Below are positions 1 through 12,491 of a DNA stretch of 64,000 nt, one piece after another. Source of the DNA: Mytilus edulis. Lineage: Eukaryota. A model generated the notes under the pieces. It worked only from the letters and a program-made list of their open reading frames with translations. It had not been told where the DNA came from and made no database searches. Within the stretch, counting starts at the first letter, position 1. Each line of letters begins with the position of its first letter. Position numbers and translations under genes: made by a program. The stretch is from positions 42,656,001 through 42,720,000 of the forward strand of contig NC_092355.1 in the NCBI RefSeq assembly GCF_963676685.1. Direction: 5' to 3'.

Positions 1-1768
1 TTGTCTCTTTAAAGGCCAATAAAGCAGCGTTTTCAGACAGGTATCAACAACCTCGAAACATTAATGAACAACGTCTACGCCTACTCATATGCGTTTATCC
101 ATTGCATCAACTGAATCCTTCAGTATTTTAGGCACCAAGTCTCGCTGAGAACATGAAGGAATGCTACTTAAAATGGTCATGTCACACGTAATAATTTGGC
201 AAGCCGGATTATACATGAATGCAGAATAACCACAGGTAAAATCTGTTAAAATTCAGAATGATAGCTGTAACGTTGTTTTGGTATACCTTTAAATATAGGG
301 TTGTATAAAGTTTTATTTCAGTTGTAATGAATACCAAACGGCTTTCCTATATAAGGCAGAAGGTCATTGATAGAGACATCATGGAAAGAAGCTGATATAT
401 TATGACAATCACTGTAACTGTCTACATCGAGGAGTAGAGTTGAAAAAATCCCCACATTCACCAATCTACAAGGAGGATTAAATAGAACACCTCTACTATT
501 AACTTTGCTATTGGAACCGTATGGTGTTGCAGTTTCCAATCTCGATTCTATTAATCTTTTGTGTCTATGGAAACGTTCTTCAAGATATAGATAATTAGTT
601 ATATTGTATATAGACTCTTTAGGGATACTAGGATAAAAAAAAATGAATACGTCAGACGCGCGTTTGGTATCTATGATGTGTGTTTTAGTCAATAATATCT
701 TCAGTTACGCTCTAATCATCCAAACAAGTTAAAGAGCATCGATAAATTAAAATTTCGAAAGATTTTGTCAAATACAGCTGAAATAATCTGTTATGTTTTA
801 ACTAGCATATGATTGAATTATTACAATGTTGGTATACAATGCAATTTGACATTGGATTCCTCAATGTTACAACTTCGTACTTTATTTTACTGGCCTTTAA
901 AACTCTTTTGATTCGAGCGATACAAATGAGCCTTTCGTTAACCAAACGCGTGTCTGGCGAATATCTACAACTTTATTTTCATTGCTGTTAATAATATCTG
1001 ATATGTAGCTGCACTGCTGTAGTTATTTTTACGCCTTTCTTTCTTTTCATAAAACATAACCTTATTCGCAAAGTTTACACTCTTCTTGAGAAATTTGTTG
1101 CTTTATAGTTGAGATAAAATTTCCAAATTAACATTGAATCTCATAAGTTGCAAACAACTGATATTGCCATTATAGAACACAAAACACTATCAAAGGTCAA
1201 ACAGCAGTATACAAATCACAACATAAGAAATAAAAATACTGAGCAACATAACACAACCACATCAAAAAATGAGGAACGTTCAAAGTTAAGAGAATACACA
1301 ACTAGTCAATGAGCTACCAATATAGTTTATGCTCCACCATTGACAATCTATAAAAACAACTATAAACATTAAATCTAACATGCAGCAAGCCCTGTTCGCT
1401 TCTCTTTTGAATAAAAACCAAACATCTCATTTGTGGTGCTATTTTATTTCTACTTTAATTTGATATTTATTTACAACAAGTTTAATGATAAGCGACGGTT
1501 GGGACCAAATGTTTTCCTCTGTACAGAAACATAAACATCAAGTTAATAAAAGAAACAGAATATAAAATAAACTATATAACTATATAAAACTAAAATGATA
1601 CATTTTTCTCATGATTTAAAAGCTAAACAAAGTAACATAATGTAATGCATTTTTCTAAATACAATATGTTCAAAAACTTCCTTGTGAGTTTTATTAGTTT
1701 AAAAGGGTGGTGGTTAGGGAAGAGGTGGAAATCAATAAAACGAAAATTAATTAAAAAAACCTTTTGAA

Positions 1769-2538
1769 TATTCATTTTATAAAATTTACTGTTTGCAAAA
1801 GTATAAATTATTTTAAATTATAGGGATTTTCTGGTAACGAACAGAAAACCCTTGCCGTTTTTGGCACAACCTTTTTGATCTTTTTGGTCCTCGATGCTGT
1901 TCAACTTTGTACTCGTTTCGGCTTTCAAACTTTTGTATCTGGGCGTCACACGTAGGTCTTGTGTGGACAAAATACACTTCTGGCGTATTAAAATTTTGAA
2001 CTTGTTGCCTTTTGTTGGCTGTTGTTCGTGTGATTTTTTTGTCAATTGTGTTCTCCAATTTATCTATATTGTAGTCCTGTGTTGTCATTTTGATGTTATA
2101 TTTCACATGGCCATAAAAGTGCGAGGTTTGGCATGCCACAAAACCAGGTTCAACCGACCATTTTTTCCTTGAAAAATGCCCTGTACCAAGTCAGGAATAT
2201 GGCCATTGTTATATTATAGTTCGTTTCTGTGTGTATTACATTATAACGTTGTGTCGTTTGTTTTCTCTTATTTTTGAGTGTAAATTCACATTGCGATAAG
2301 ACGTGTCACGGTACTTGTCTATCCCAAATTCATGTATTTGGTTTTGATGTTATATATATATGTTATATTTGTTATTCTCGTGGGATTTTGTCTATGTGTG
2401 TTGCATTTTAGTGTTATGTCGTTGTTCTCCTCTTATATTTAATGCGTTTCCCTCGGTTTTAGTTTGTTACCCCGATTTTGTTTTTTGTCCATGGATTTAT
2501 GAGTTTTGAACAGCGGTATACTACTGTTGCCTTTATTT
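1769..2538 (+). repeat. ~770-bp dispersed repeat containing a hammerhead relic, copy A
   Basis: Near-identical to 14603-15371; inverted diverged copies at 24376-25050 and 60746-61245. Confidence 0.9.
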
Positions 2539-3499
2539 GATGAAAATCGTCACGTATTTCAACATCAGCAAGAAATTTGTGCGCTTCAAAAGTAGCATGG
2601 TAGTATTTCCTGACCCATAAGCCATAATGATAGCCTTTTTAGAATTTTCACCACTTTCTAACACCGCAAAAAAATCTATTTTCACAGTTAACTATTCAGA
2701 ATAGATTTGAATGTGTATCATGACAGTTTACTGTTTTTTCTATTTTTAAAAACCTAAGGCCACTTGTCTAGTACTTTTAGGTCTTTAATCATGCAGTGAA
2801 TACACAATTAAAAACAATTCTCAAAAACTCATTTTTATCTGTTTGTAAAATTATTTCATATTTTTCTACACCTGATTCATCTCTCAATTTGGGAAAGTGT
2901 GTTCAGTTGATATTGTATTTGTTGTCCAATCACACTGTTCAGATACATTGACTTAGGTAGGGTACAAAAAAGAACAAACTAAATTCTGGAATGCTAATAC
3001 TACGGTTCCACCTTAAAGGTATCAATATTCATGGCCAATCAATTTAGACAATAGCAGAAACAACATCGGGTTGGACATTACGCAAATGGTATGTTATTCG
3101 CATAAATGTGTTATTTATTTCATGCATAACCCTATTCATGTTCCAGTTCGGAGAGTTATCAGTCTGTCAGCATTTGTCTCCGTTAGTTTATTGTTGCCGT
3201 CAAATATTGATATTAAATCAACTAAGAGTCAATAGCGTATAAAACTTTTATTTCAGCTTCTTTATTTTGTTTTTGTATAAACAAAATAATAAACAACCGT
3301 AATCGAAAGTCTATTGTTTGATTTGATTTTATTTTTTTTGTCTTGATAGTGAACCTGTCTTTTACTCTTTTTTATCAGAATAAAAGAAAATATTTGGTTT
3401 ATATTTTATATAAAAACATAAAACATGTAAAACGCACAAATGAAAAGTACGAGGAAGTTGATTAAAACGTTTATTTATAGCAGGCACATATAGTGTAAT

Positions 3500-3600
3500 T
3501 GGAAAACCATTTAAATTCGACTCTGTTGTTAAGGAAGCTACACGGGTAAACACAGTATATACTAGACAATAAAAAAAACTTACTACGATAAAGGTAAGCA
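3500..3600 (+). promoter_or_regulatory. Candidate non-coding leader exon and splice donor for cGLR copy 1
   Basis: gactctgttgttaagga (3519-3535) is identical to 27821-27837. Ends in AAG|GTAAGcacgta (GT at 3594). Confidence 0.5.
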
Positions 3601-3815
3601 CGTATTAAACGAATAATTCACAAACAAATACAAAACTTTTATAATATGTTTATGATTACCATGATTACCAAAAAGTCATCCGGCCTTTAAAGGTTGAGGG
3701 CATATAAATGTTGAAAATATGCTGCACAGCCCATGTTTTGACCTTTGAATTAAAAAGGTAGTGCATATCAATTTTCTATTCTTAATGAACGGCTATTATT
3801 TATTTTGAATTTATT

Positions 3816-3908
3816 GAACCATAAAATTAATTTTTGACTCTTCACTTTATATAATCCGTGCAGTGGATTATGTAAAATGTGAAGAGTCAAAAACTAATTG
3901 TATGGTTC
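3816..3908. repeat. ~93-bp imperfect palindrome
   Basis: gaaccataaaattaatttttgactcttcac..ataatcc / ggattat..gtgaagagtcaaaaactaattgtatggttc. Confidence 0.85.
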
Positions 3909-4132
3909 TGTAATGATATCAATCATTTATATTTACTGCACTTGATAAGCTTTACACGTGCATCTAATCTTAGTACCACATACCTGATTGAGTGACAGTT
4001 TAAATGATTAAATATATAATTGTATCTTGGGGATTTCAAGCAGTTGTTATTATCACGTCTTTGTGTATTATTAAAGTATTAGAACTTACATGGATTAACT
4101 TATCAGTCATTAAGAAACTGAAGAATATAACA

Positions 4133-4146
4133 TGGTGTCAGATGTG
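4133..4146 (+). promoter_or_regulatory. Primer-binding site of the Gypsy element (tRNA-Leu-like)
   Basis: TGGTGTCAGAtGTG follows ...ataaCA (putative LTR end). It matches the complement of a tRNA-Leu 3' end (TGGTGTCAGAAGTG) at 13/14. Confidence 0.7.
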
Positions 4147-7100
4147 AACAACTCGTGAATGTTAAGACTATTCTTTGGCGAAAGCATCAACACAAAAAAC
4201 ATGGAAGCGCAATTAAAGCAGCCTCCTGAAATGAACTTTTCCAGCGATGGAAATATTGCAGAAAGATGGGTTAAGGCGTCAGACAATGGAGCTATACTTG
4301 GATGTGGCTATGAGCGAAGCGGGAGAAAAGGATACATGCAAAGCATTGCTATATGTGATTCGACAGGAAGGCCGGGACATATTCAATACCTTTAATATCA
4401 AGGAAGGAGACAAAGGCAAAATTGTACCACTTTTCACGCATTTTGAAAAATATTGCATTCCGCGCAAAACCTAACTATGGAACGTTACAAGGTCAACACT
4501 AGAGTACAAGGGAAATCAGAATCGATAGATCAATTCGTAACGGATTTAAGAATCATGACTCAAAATTGTGCATTTGGAGCAATCACGGAAGAACTTGTAC
4601 GAGATCGTATTGTGTGTGAAACTAACTCAGAAAGAGTAAAGGAAGCCTACTCAGAGATGACGAGTTGACATTTGCAAAGGCAATACTTGCATGCCGAGCA
4701 GATGAAGAATCCAAACGTCAGATTAACATATTAACAGAAGAGGAAACAGTGCACGCATTAAAAAGAAGACCACGTTATCAAAATCAACAACAAAGAAGAA
4801 AGGAAGATCAAAAATTCAGTTGCGGAAAATGCAGAATTCAAAATGAAAAACGAAATAATATGCTTATGGAAAAACGTGCAGAAAATGTAACAAGTTAAAC
4901 CATTTTCAAAAATATTGCAGATCCAAACGTAAAGTACACGGATTGGAGGAATGCGAATCAAATAGCGATTCCGATCAGGACGAATTCTTCGTTGGGAGCG
5001 TCACCATGGTCACCGAAAAGAGGAAAACGGAAATAGTAGGAGATTAATGCTTTACAACATACAAAGTTCAAGGTAGGAACAATAAGTTTAAAGTTGATAC
5101 TGGCGCAGAAGTAAATATCTTGCCGTCCGCAATTTTTGACAAGTTGTCTCATGTAAAGTTAATGTCAACCAAAACCACGTTAACAAGTTATTCTGGGGAT
5201 AAATTGAAATTTAGAGGCAAATGTCAGTTGAATTTGCAAGATAAACATTTCTATCTTTCCTTAACCGAAACTGAACAATCACCACTACTGGGATTAAAAG
5301 TAAACAAAGATTTATGATTAATTCAAGTAATTATGGTAGTTAAACCGGAATAAAATCCTATCAAAGCATTTTCGAAGGTTTTCAATGGACTAGGGTGTTT
5401 GGAAAAGCCTTATCACATTGAAATTGACAAAAGTGTTCAACCTCTCGTAAATGCAACGAGAAACATACCAGCTGCGCTACGCAAAACACTTGAAGGATAC
5501 ATTGAAAGATATGGAAAAGAATGTCATTAGAAAGGTTGATGAACCATCTGACTTGGTAAATTCGTTAGTTGTTGTGAAAAAAACGTTGATTGTAACCAGG
5601 AGTATTGGCAGGTGAAACTCGACGAACACAGTCAGTTGCTAACAATCTTTAATTCTCCGTTTGGCAGGTACCGTTTTATGAGAATGCCGTTCGGAATAAG
5701 AAGCCCACAAGAGGTATACCAAAAACGCATCTCGCAAATATTTGAAAACCTAGAAGGTGTGGAAACGGACATAGATGATATTAGCATTTGGGGCAAACAG
5801 AAGAAGAACACGACCGTAGGCTTCAGACTGTTCCACGGAAATGTGAAGAAGTAGGTTTAAAGCTTAACCCAGAAAAATGTCAATTTAAGATGAGAGAGGT
5901 CACGTACATAGGACACGTACTTAGCAAAGATGGGATCCGTCCAGATCTATAACAAATCAAAGCAATAAAAGACATGCCAGCACCAGTCGACAAAAAGGGA
6001 GTACAGAGGCTACTTGGTACTGTTAACTACATAGCAAAGTTCGTACCAAACATGTCAACAATCACAGAACCTATAAGACTATTACTCAAAGATGAAACAC
6101 AGTTTATTTGGACGCACGAGCACAAATCTGCTTTTGAACGTATCAAAGACATTCTGACTAAAGATCATGTGTTGACACATTTTGATGTTACTAAACCAGT
6201 CAAAGTATCCTGTGATGCATCAAAATCAGGGCTTGGAGCTGTGTTGTTACAAGATGATAAACCTGTGGCGTTTGCTTCCCGTTCAATGACCGAGACCGAA
6301 ACACGATATTCAAACATCGAGAAAGAATTGTTAGCTATACTGTTTGGACTTGAGAGGTTTCATCAGTACACATATGGAAAACATGTTCTTGTCGAATCCG
6401 ATCATAAACCACTGGAAGCTATCGTAAAAAACCATTCGCGAAAACACCACCCAGGTTACAGAGAATGTTACTCAGATTACAGACTTATGATTATTCTGTT
6501 AACTATCATCCTGGAAAATGAGTGTTTGTACCAGACATGCTATCAAGGGCATACATGAAAGATGACAGAGATAACATTAGTGATGACATTTAATGTTTCA
6601 TTAACATGGTAATTAAATCTATGCCGGTATCGGAAAAGAAAATGGAAGAAATAAAAGATGAGACAGAAAAAGATGACAAGTTGTCAATAGTTTAAAAATA
6701 TATCCGAGAAAGATGGCCTGGAAATAAGTACGACGTACCCAATAACATTAATGAATATTGGAACTGTAAAGATGAACTTACGGAATACAAAGGAATCGTT
6801 TTGAAAGGCGAAAAGATAGTAATTCCAACAAGTCTCCGAGATGAAATGATGAAAAGACTACACGAACACCTTGGTATAGAAAAAAACAAGAAGTTAGCTA
6901 GAGATTTCCAGCATTAAATGGACAGATTAATGACTTTATTACGAACTGTTGAATATGTTTAGAACACAGAAATTCAACACAAAAGGAGCCAATGATACCG
7001 TCCGAGATACCCGAAACGCCTTGGCACACAGTCGGAACTGATTTGTTTCATTGGAATGGATCTGACTATTTGATCATTATGGACTATTACTCAAGATATT

Positions 7101-7180
7101 TCGAAATTGCCAAGCTAGAAAACATCAGTGCAAAAACTGTATTTACACATTTCAAATCGATATTCGCACGTCATGGCATT
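4133..7180 (+). mobile_element. Decayed Ty3/Gypsy LTR retrotransposon internal region (gag-PR-RT-RH-IN), 3' truncated
   Basis: gag MEAQLKQPPEMNF..ELVRDRIVC; protease KVDTGAEVNILP; RT SPFGRYRFMRMPFG..DIDD; RNase H CDASKSGLGAVL..ESDHKPLE; integrase PWHTVGTDLFHW..DYYSRY after RH (Gypsy order). Many stops and frameshifts. Confidence 0.92.
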
Positions 7181-7703
7181 CTGTTTTGTTCGATTTAGAA
7201 GTTTACAAAATTATCAACATAATAATACGAAACATCTAACAAGTTGAACCATGGAATTATTAAAAAATTGAGAATGGAAATTGGGAATGTGTCAAAGATA
7301 CAACAACCCGATCATAGAGCAGACAACAACCGAAAGCCACCAATGGGTATTCAATGCAGCGAGAAACTCCCGCACCCCGATGAGTCCTTCAGCTGGCCCC
7401 TAAACAAATATGTTACTATTTCAGTGATAATGGACGTCATACTAAACTCCGAATTATACACAAGAAACTAAAATTAAAAATCAAACAAGACTAACAAAGG
7501 CCAGAGCCTCCTGACTTTGAACAGGCGCAAAGATTCTGCGGAGTTAAACATGCTTTTTGAGATCTCAACCTCCCCGTATACCTGTAGCCAATGTAGAAAA
7601 ACAAACGCACAACAATACACATAGAAAAAATCAGTTTAAGAGAATTCCGAGACTAATATTAGAAAAGTTAACAAAATAAACTAAACAAAATGACAATAAT
7701 ACC

Positions 7704-7881
7704 TAAGCTGTATTTGGCAAAACTTTTAGGAATTTTGGTCTTCACTGCCCTTTAACTTCGTACTTTGTTTGACCTTTTTAACTATTTTGGGTTCGAGCGT
7801 CACTTTTGAGTCTTTTGTAGACGAAACGCACGTCTGGAGTAAATACAAAATTTAATCCTGGTATCTATGATGAGTTTATTT
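7704..7881 (+). repeat. Retrozyme-like fragment with degenerate hammerhead (7795-7840)
   Basis: cgtca-CTTTTGA-gtct tttgt agac-GAAA-cgcacg-TC-tggag. The core CTGATGA is mutated. Confidence 0.7.
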
Positions 7882-8693
7882 GACGTGGATCAAAATGGAT
7901 TTAATATTTTACGTGAATTGTTATTGATAACGGTGTGATATTTTTTGGATCATATTTATAGATAAAACAAGAATCTAAAAAACAAATAGTACTTTGTTTC
8001 CGTATCACATTACAAGAAATGTAACACATCCAGTGAGTCAAAAAGTTAACACATAAAAAATTCAGAGCATTTCATTCGGCTTTTTCTTAATTTTTGCGTG
8101 TCGCTATTACAGCTGAACTAATAGAAATAATCTTGATAGAAGTAGGAGGAATCTTTCGTATCTTAAACCCTGATTGACGTTTGGTTTCGGTTTTTTTTAG
8201 CGAGATGAGGTACCATTTATTTAGTTTAGATATTTGTATCAAATGATGAAATAATCATGTCTATGCATATCATGTATAATCAAACTACACCATAGTTAAG
8301 ACACAATTACCCAACAGCAATATATACACAATACAAGTAGTTATACAGAAAACAAAGTGTGAGATAAATACAAATATAACTATCAATTTTCATTTCAATA
8401 ATGCAAGTTATTGCAAACAGTAACCTTTCAAATCATTTATATACCACATACACGATCTGACATGTTTCCGTTTACTGTATATTTACAAAGGTTTCGCATG
8501 TATGCACATTTCAATGGTGTCGTTATCAGCTTAAAAATTGGTCACAAATGATACGGATGCTTATTACTTTATTTTGGTCTGATATATGTTAATATTTGAA
8601 TATTTAGTTTATTCGGGCACTTGATTCAAACTTAAGATGACTCAATATATTTCTATATGTATGCAAATAAAATACTGCATATACTATACAAAA

Positions 8694-9243
8694 GGAGTAG
8701 GTCCGGTAAGGACCGATTTTGGCCTCAAATTTCAGGTTCATCTGACGAAAGATGTTGACCACTTTTTTAACACTTAAGTGTCTATTTTAATTGATTCAAT
8801 TAATTTATGTGAAAGAATTTAACAAATTTAGTCATTAAAAACGCTCCGATTCAAGCTCAAATATGAAAAAATCTACCAAATATGCTGAAAAATGAAAGCG
8901 GCCGCATCCGTGTTCATCCTCAACCTTTATATATGTTATGTATTATCATCAAATACAACTCACATTTAAATATTTTGGATGAACACGAATGCGGTCACTT
9001 TCGTTTTACACGGAAACCGTCTAGAATTTAACCAAAATGCTAGAATTGTGAAGATTGCAGTAATTTAGCATGACTTAATGGTGCTAGTACTCGATATATG
9101 TCCATCGTATTGTAAAAAGACAGCCCATATTTATGTAGCAGAAGCATTATACTGTTCAATAAATAACTAAAAGTATACATTTTAACAATTTAGTAAAACT
9201 GCTATATTTTGGGGTCAAAAAGGCGTCTTACTGGACCTTCTCC
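8694..9243. mobile_element. TIR MITE inserted between AAA and TTT (Spy-like), copy 1
   Basis: TIR ggagtaggtccggtaag / cttactggaccttctcc; flanks caaaa and tttga. Confidence 0.75.
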
Positions 9244-9824
9244 TTTGAATTTAACTTTGACCCAAAAACTGTAAGATTAAAACAATATATCAATATTAAT
9301 GAAAATTTAGAGAATGTAAGAAAAACGTAATTACAACTTTTAATTCATATGTCCTCAAGTTAAAAATTACTCGAAAGTCATTTTTGCATGCACTTTAAAA
9401 GATAATCACGTACAAGATTGAAAATTTAGCTATTTCTATACAATACCAAACAATAATAAAAGTTAGCGCGCGGTCACGCTTAATAGAAAGTTTTATTATT
9501 TATTTAATTTCTTGTATTTGTATTGAATTCAAAACGATTGCTCAGAAAAGAGAATCGTACCGAGTTCACACAGTTTACTCACATTTAATATGATGTCAAA
9601 GGCGCCCGGGCGTACCTGCAATACCATGGCTGTTTATCATTGTTTATGGGGAAATATCAAGATTTATTGCCAACGAAGATAGCACAAACATAATCACAGC
9701 CTAGTTAAGTTTATCAGAGTATGTGCCGTTAATTGTGCTAATCATATATTTACATTCGTATATAAACCGACCTTTTTATGCAGTAAAAATCATTTCAAAA
9801 TCAATAGTGCCATTTTATTATTTA

Positions 9825-10190
9825 GTAATTGTCTCTCTAAACTCTTACTACCACGCCGTTCTTTTGTATGTTTGAGTAACTGTCGTACTGCCTAACATGA
9901 AATTTACTTGTTTTGTTGATTGTCTTTCTAGCTGAAATCTTACTTAGATATACATCTATTACTTTGTTAAGTTGCTGTTTCACTTACACCTTACTCACAT
10001 TAAGTTTATTGTATTGTTGAGTAACTGTCTCACTAAACTCTAACTTACATGTAGTTCTATTGCATTGTTGGGTAACTTTCGTACAACTCTCATACTTATT
10101 ATGGTTCTATCATGCTGTATGGTTGCTGTCTTACTAAGCTTTTACTCACATACAGTTCTACTGTGTTTTTAAGTTAGTGACCCACTGCCC
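9825..10190. repeat. Degenerate ~50-bp minisatellite, about 7 units
   Basis: gt(t/a)(g/a)ctgt-like anchors at ~9825, 9876, 9971, 10021, 10072, 10122 and 10173. Confidence 0.6.
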
Positions 10191-10667
10191 TCTATCTCGT
10201 GGAGAAAATAGTCGACCAGACGGTTTTCAATCTGACTAGTTAATTATTAGTTTTTTCTTGTTTTTCTTTTCTGAATCTACAAGGCTAATTTTCATTTTTT
10301 TTTCATTTTATAACGGTAGTTGGGTTGTTTTTAAATTACAGACCAGATAGTATTTTGGTCTTCTAATGTTAAGATCTCATTTGGGGTGAGATTATTGAGG
10401 TCAATATTTGCATCGTATTTACATTCCTTTTAGCGATAGAAACGATATAGAAACGACAATTTTCATACTTGTCCAAAATATATCGTCAAAAGACAACGAA
10501 TGGTTTTTAAAACATCAAAAGACAAGCATTAATATTAAGGATAAAGCATCAATTTTTCCTCTGCCTTTAGAACAGAGGGTTTGTTTGTGAAATAAATATT
10601 AAGTAATATGGTGTTATACTGTAGTAGTAAGAAATGTTCTTTTCTTAATCTATTTCAGATTAATAAT

Positions 10668-12491
10668 ATGAGTAAAATGGACAGACAATTGTCTCTTAAG
10701 ATCTTCCAGAATTTGTGTAATATTTTTGGAACAGAGGAAGTTGTGAAAACAAGACGAACGATATTTTGTGTAATAGATAGTGTTCTACAAATTACAAACT
10801 CTACAGTTGTAAGTAGTGGTAGTAGAGCAGAAGGTTTGGACCTCAAGGACAGTGATTATGATCAAATGTTTGTTGAGACACTTTTCCAAGTTTATGAAAA
10901 CAAGAGTAAAGTGTCATTCTTCGAAAATAAAATACCTATAATAATGGACATCAGTGACACAAAACCAGGATTTACAAAGCTCAAACTGAATAACCCACGA
11001 TATAAAGATTTATTGAATATAAACCAGTGGGTGAAGATGATACAAGGAGAAGCATACATTTCAAGTAAATTATTTCGGGAGCACGATTTGCAACACTTTA
11101 TGATTAGTCATGGACCAAGTCAATCTACACCAGATGGTACTTATGATTCTGTACGTTCTTTCCGATGTAAGGAATGGATAACACCTGTTCATCAATGGGT
11201 TTACAGATCCAGATCGTCATGGCCAGATCATAGATTAGTTACGTCAGTTCTAAGGTACGGCGTTTTATTTGTGCCTATTGGATGTAAAGAGTCATTGAAG
11301 GAAGATTTAGAATGGCGGATATCATTTTCTATGGCAGAGAAGCAACTTATTTTTTCCTTTTCTCATACCCAGTTGTTATGTTACGCATTAATGAAAACAA
11401 TTTTGAACGATATTATTAAGGAAATACACGGAGATCTTCTTTGTTCTTATTTTCTTAAAACTATATTGTTCTGGTTATTTGAAGAATCAAGTCCTTTAGA
11501 ATGGCATCCTGGAAATATGATTTCCTGTTTTACGAGCTGTGTAAGACGACTGATTTACTGCGTGGAATATAAAACCTGTCTCCATTATTTTATTCCTAAA
11601 AGCAACCTTTTCGAAGGCAGATTTACTGATCACCAACATAAATCTTTACTTGATACTTTAAATGCAATATACCAATCATTATGGACTTACGTTTTCCATA
11701 CGAATACATTCCAAAGGTTTAGAGAAGAACAAAGAGTTTCATACACACATTATTTGACAGCGTCTTCACTATCATGCTTTTATTACGCGAAATTAATGAC
11801 CCATTTAATGAGTTTTACATACAAACAAGTGATAATCAATTGTATAATTTATATCAAGGATAAAGAATGGTCTACATACCAGATGTCACAGTTTTCTAAC
11901 AACATGATGCAGTTACCAGATATAAACAACTATTCAGAAAGAAACAAATCGGTGTACAAACAGTACCAGATAAGTTTGAAATGCTTCAAGGCAGTTTTAT
12001 ATTCCGATGCTATTTCTGCTTGGTCATTGTTGGCATCGTTATTTTACAAACAAAAAAGATTCAACGCATGTTTAGATATTGTAAATTACACTATGTCAAA
12101 ATGCACTCCTGATAAAATCATGCTAAATGTTGGAAAGAGTTTGGCAGAACAGACTTATTTCCAGAGAGCCAAGGAGGCAGTCGGATTGTTATCAACTTCG
12201 AAACATTTAGTCATTTATTCAGTGCCATTTATAAAACCATTTTCGTTATTGCCATTAGAATTGACCCCTTTAATACTACTTACTGATTATTGTCTATGCG
12301 TTATTCCTTCTGTGGTGTATTTGAATATGTTATCGTTTTTATGTTTACATCACCTTAGAGATCATAGAGGCAAACGTACTGCACTTAGGGATCTAGAACT
12401 AACAATTCGTGAAAGATATTTTATCGTACCGCACATGCTTGATGTCCAAATTGCAAACGCTTGTTTCCGAATTGCTAACAATATGATGTAA
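10668..12491 (+). CDS. Mab-21/cGAS-like receptor (cGLR) nucleotidyltransferase with C-terminal helical (TPR-like) tail, copy 1, intact, 607 aa
   Basis: NTase motif SSGSRAEGLDLKDSDYDQM (hGS..DxD) and likely third Asp in DGTYDSV. Mab-21 motifs EWRISFSMAEKQL, SYFLKTILFW and CLHYFIP..NLF. Start placed at ATG 10668 (MSK), 9 nt after acceptor tttcAG at 10657-10658; all four paralogs share this arrangement. Confidence 0.9.
   Translation: MSKMDRQLSLKIFQNLCNIFGTEEVVKTRRTIFCVIDSVLQITNSTVVSSGSRAEGLDLKDSDYDQMFVETLFQVYENKSKVSFFENKIPIIMDISDTKPGFTKLKLNNPRYKDLLNINQWVKMIQGEAYISSKLFREHDLQHFMISHGPSQSTPDGTYDSVRSFRCKEWITPVHQWVYRSRSSWPDHRLVTSVLRYGVLFVPIGCKESLKEDLEWRISFSMAEKQLIFSFSHTQLLCYALMKTILNDIIKEIHGDLLCSYFLKTILFWLFEESSPLEWHPGNMISCFTSCVRRLIYCVEYKTCLHYFIPKSNLFEGRFTDHQHKSLLDTLNAIYQSLWTYVFHTNTFQRFREEQRVSYTHYLTASSLSCFYYAKLMTHLMSFTYKQVIINCIIYIKDKEWSTYQMSQFSNNMMQLPDINNYSERNKSVYKQYQISLKCFKAVLYSDAISAWSLLASLFYKQKRFNACLDIVNYTMSKCTPDKIMLNVGKSLAEQTYFQRAKEAVGLLSTSKHLVIYSVPFIKPFSLLPLELTPLILLTDYCLCVIPSVVYLNMLSFLCLHHLRDHRGKRTALRDLELTIRERYFIVPHMLDVQIANACFRIANNMM

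Noticed and set aside
1-692. 124-aa minus ORF and a possible minus-strand exon at 1-241
   Set aside because: No recognisable motif, all frames are interrupted, and the ORF start lies in a hammerhead relic.
1813-2172. Paralogous short ORFs at 1813-2172, 14643-14990 and 61044-61310
   Set aside because: Chance frames in a non-coding dispersed repeat.
3900-4132. Gypsy 5' LTR
   Set aside because: Its end is implied by the PBS, but there is no 3' LTR in the window to define its start.
10608-10667. N-terminal ORF extensions of the cGLRs (also 48233-48361 and 56189-56221)
   Set aside because: They are not conserved and run through the polypyrimidine tract and acceptor AG, so they are probably intronic.
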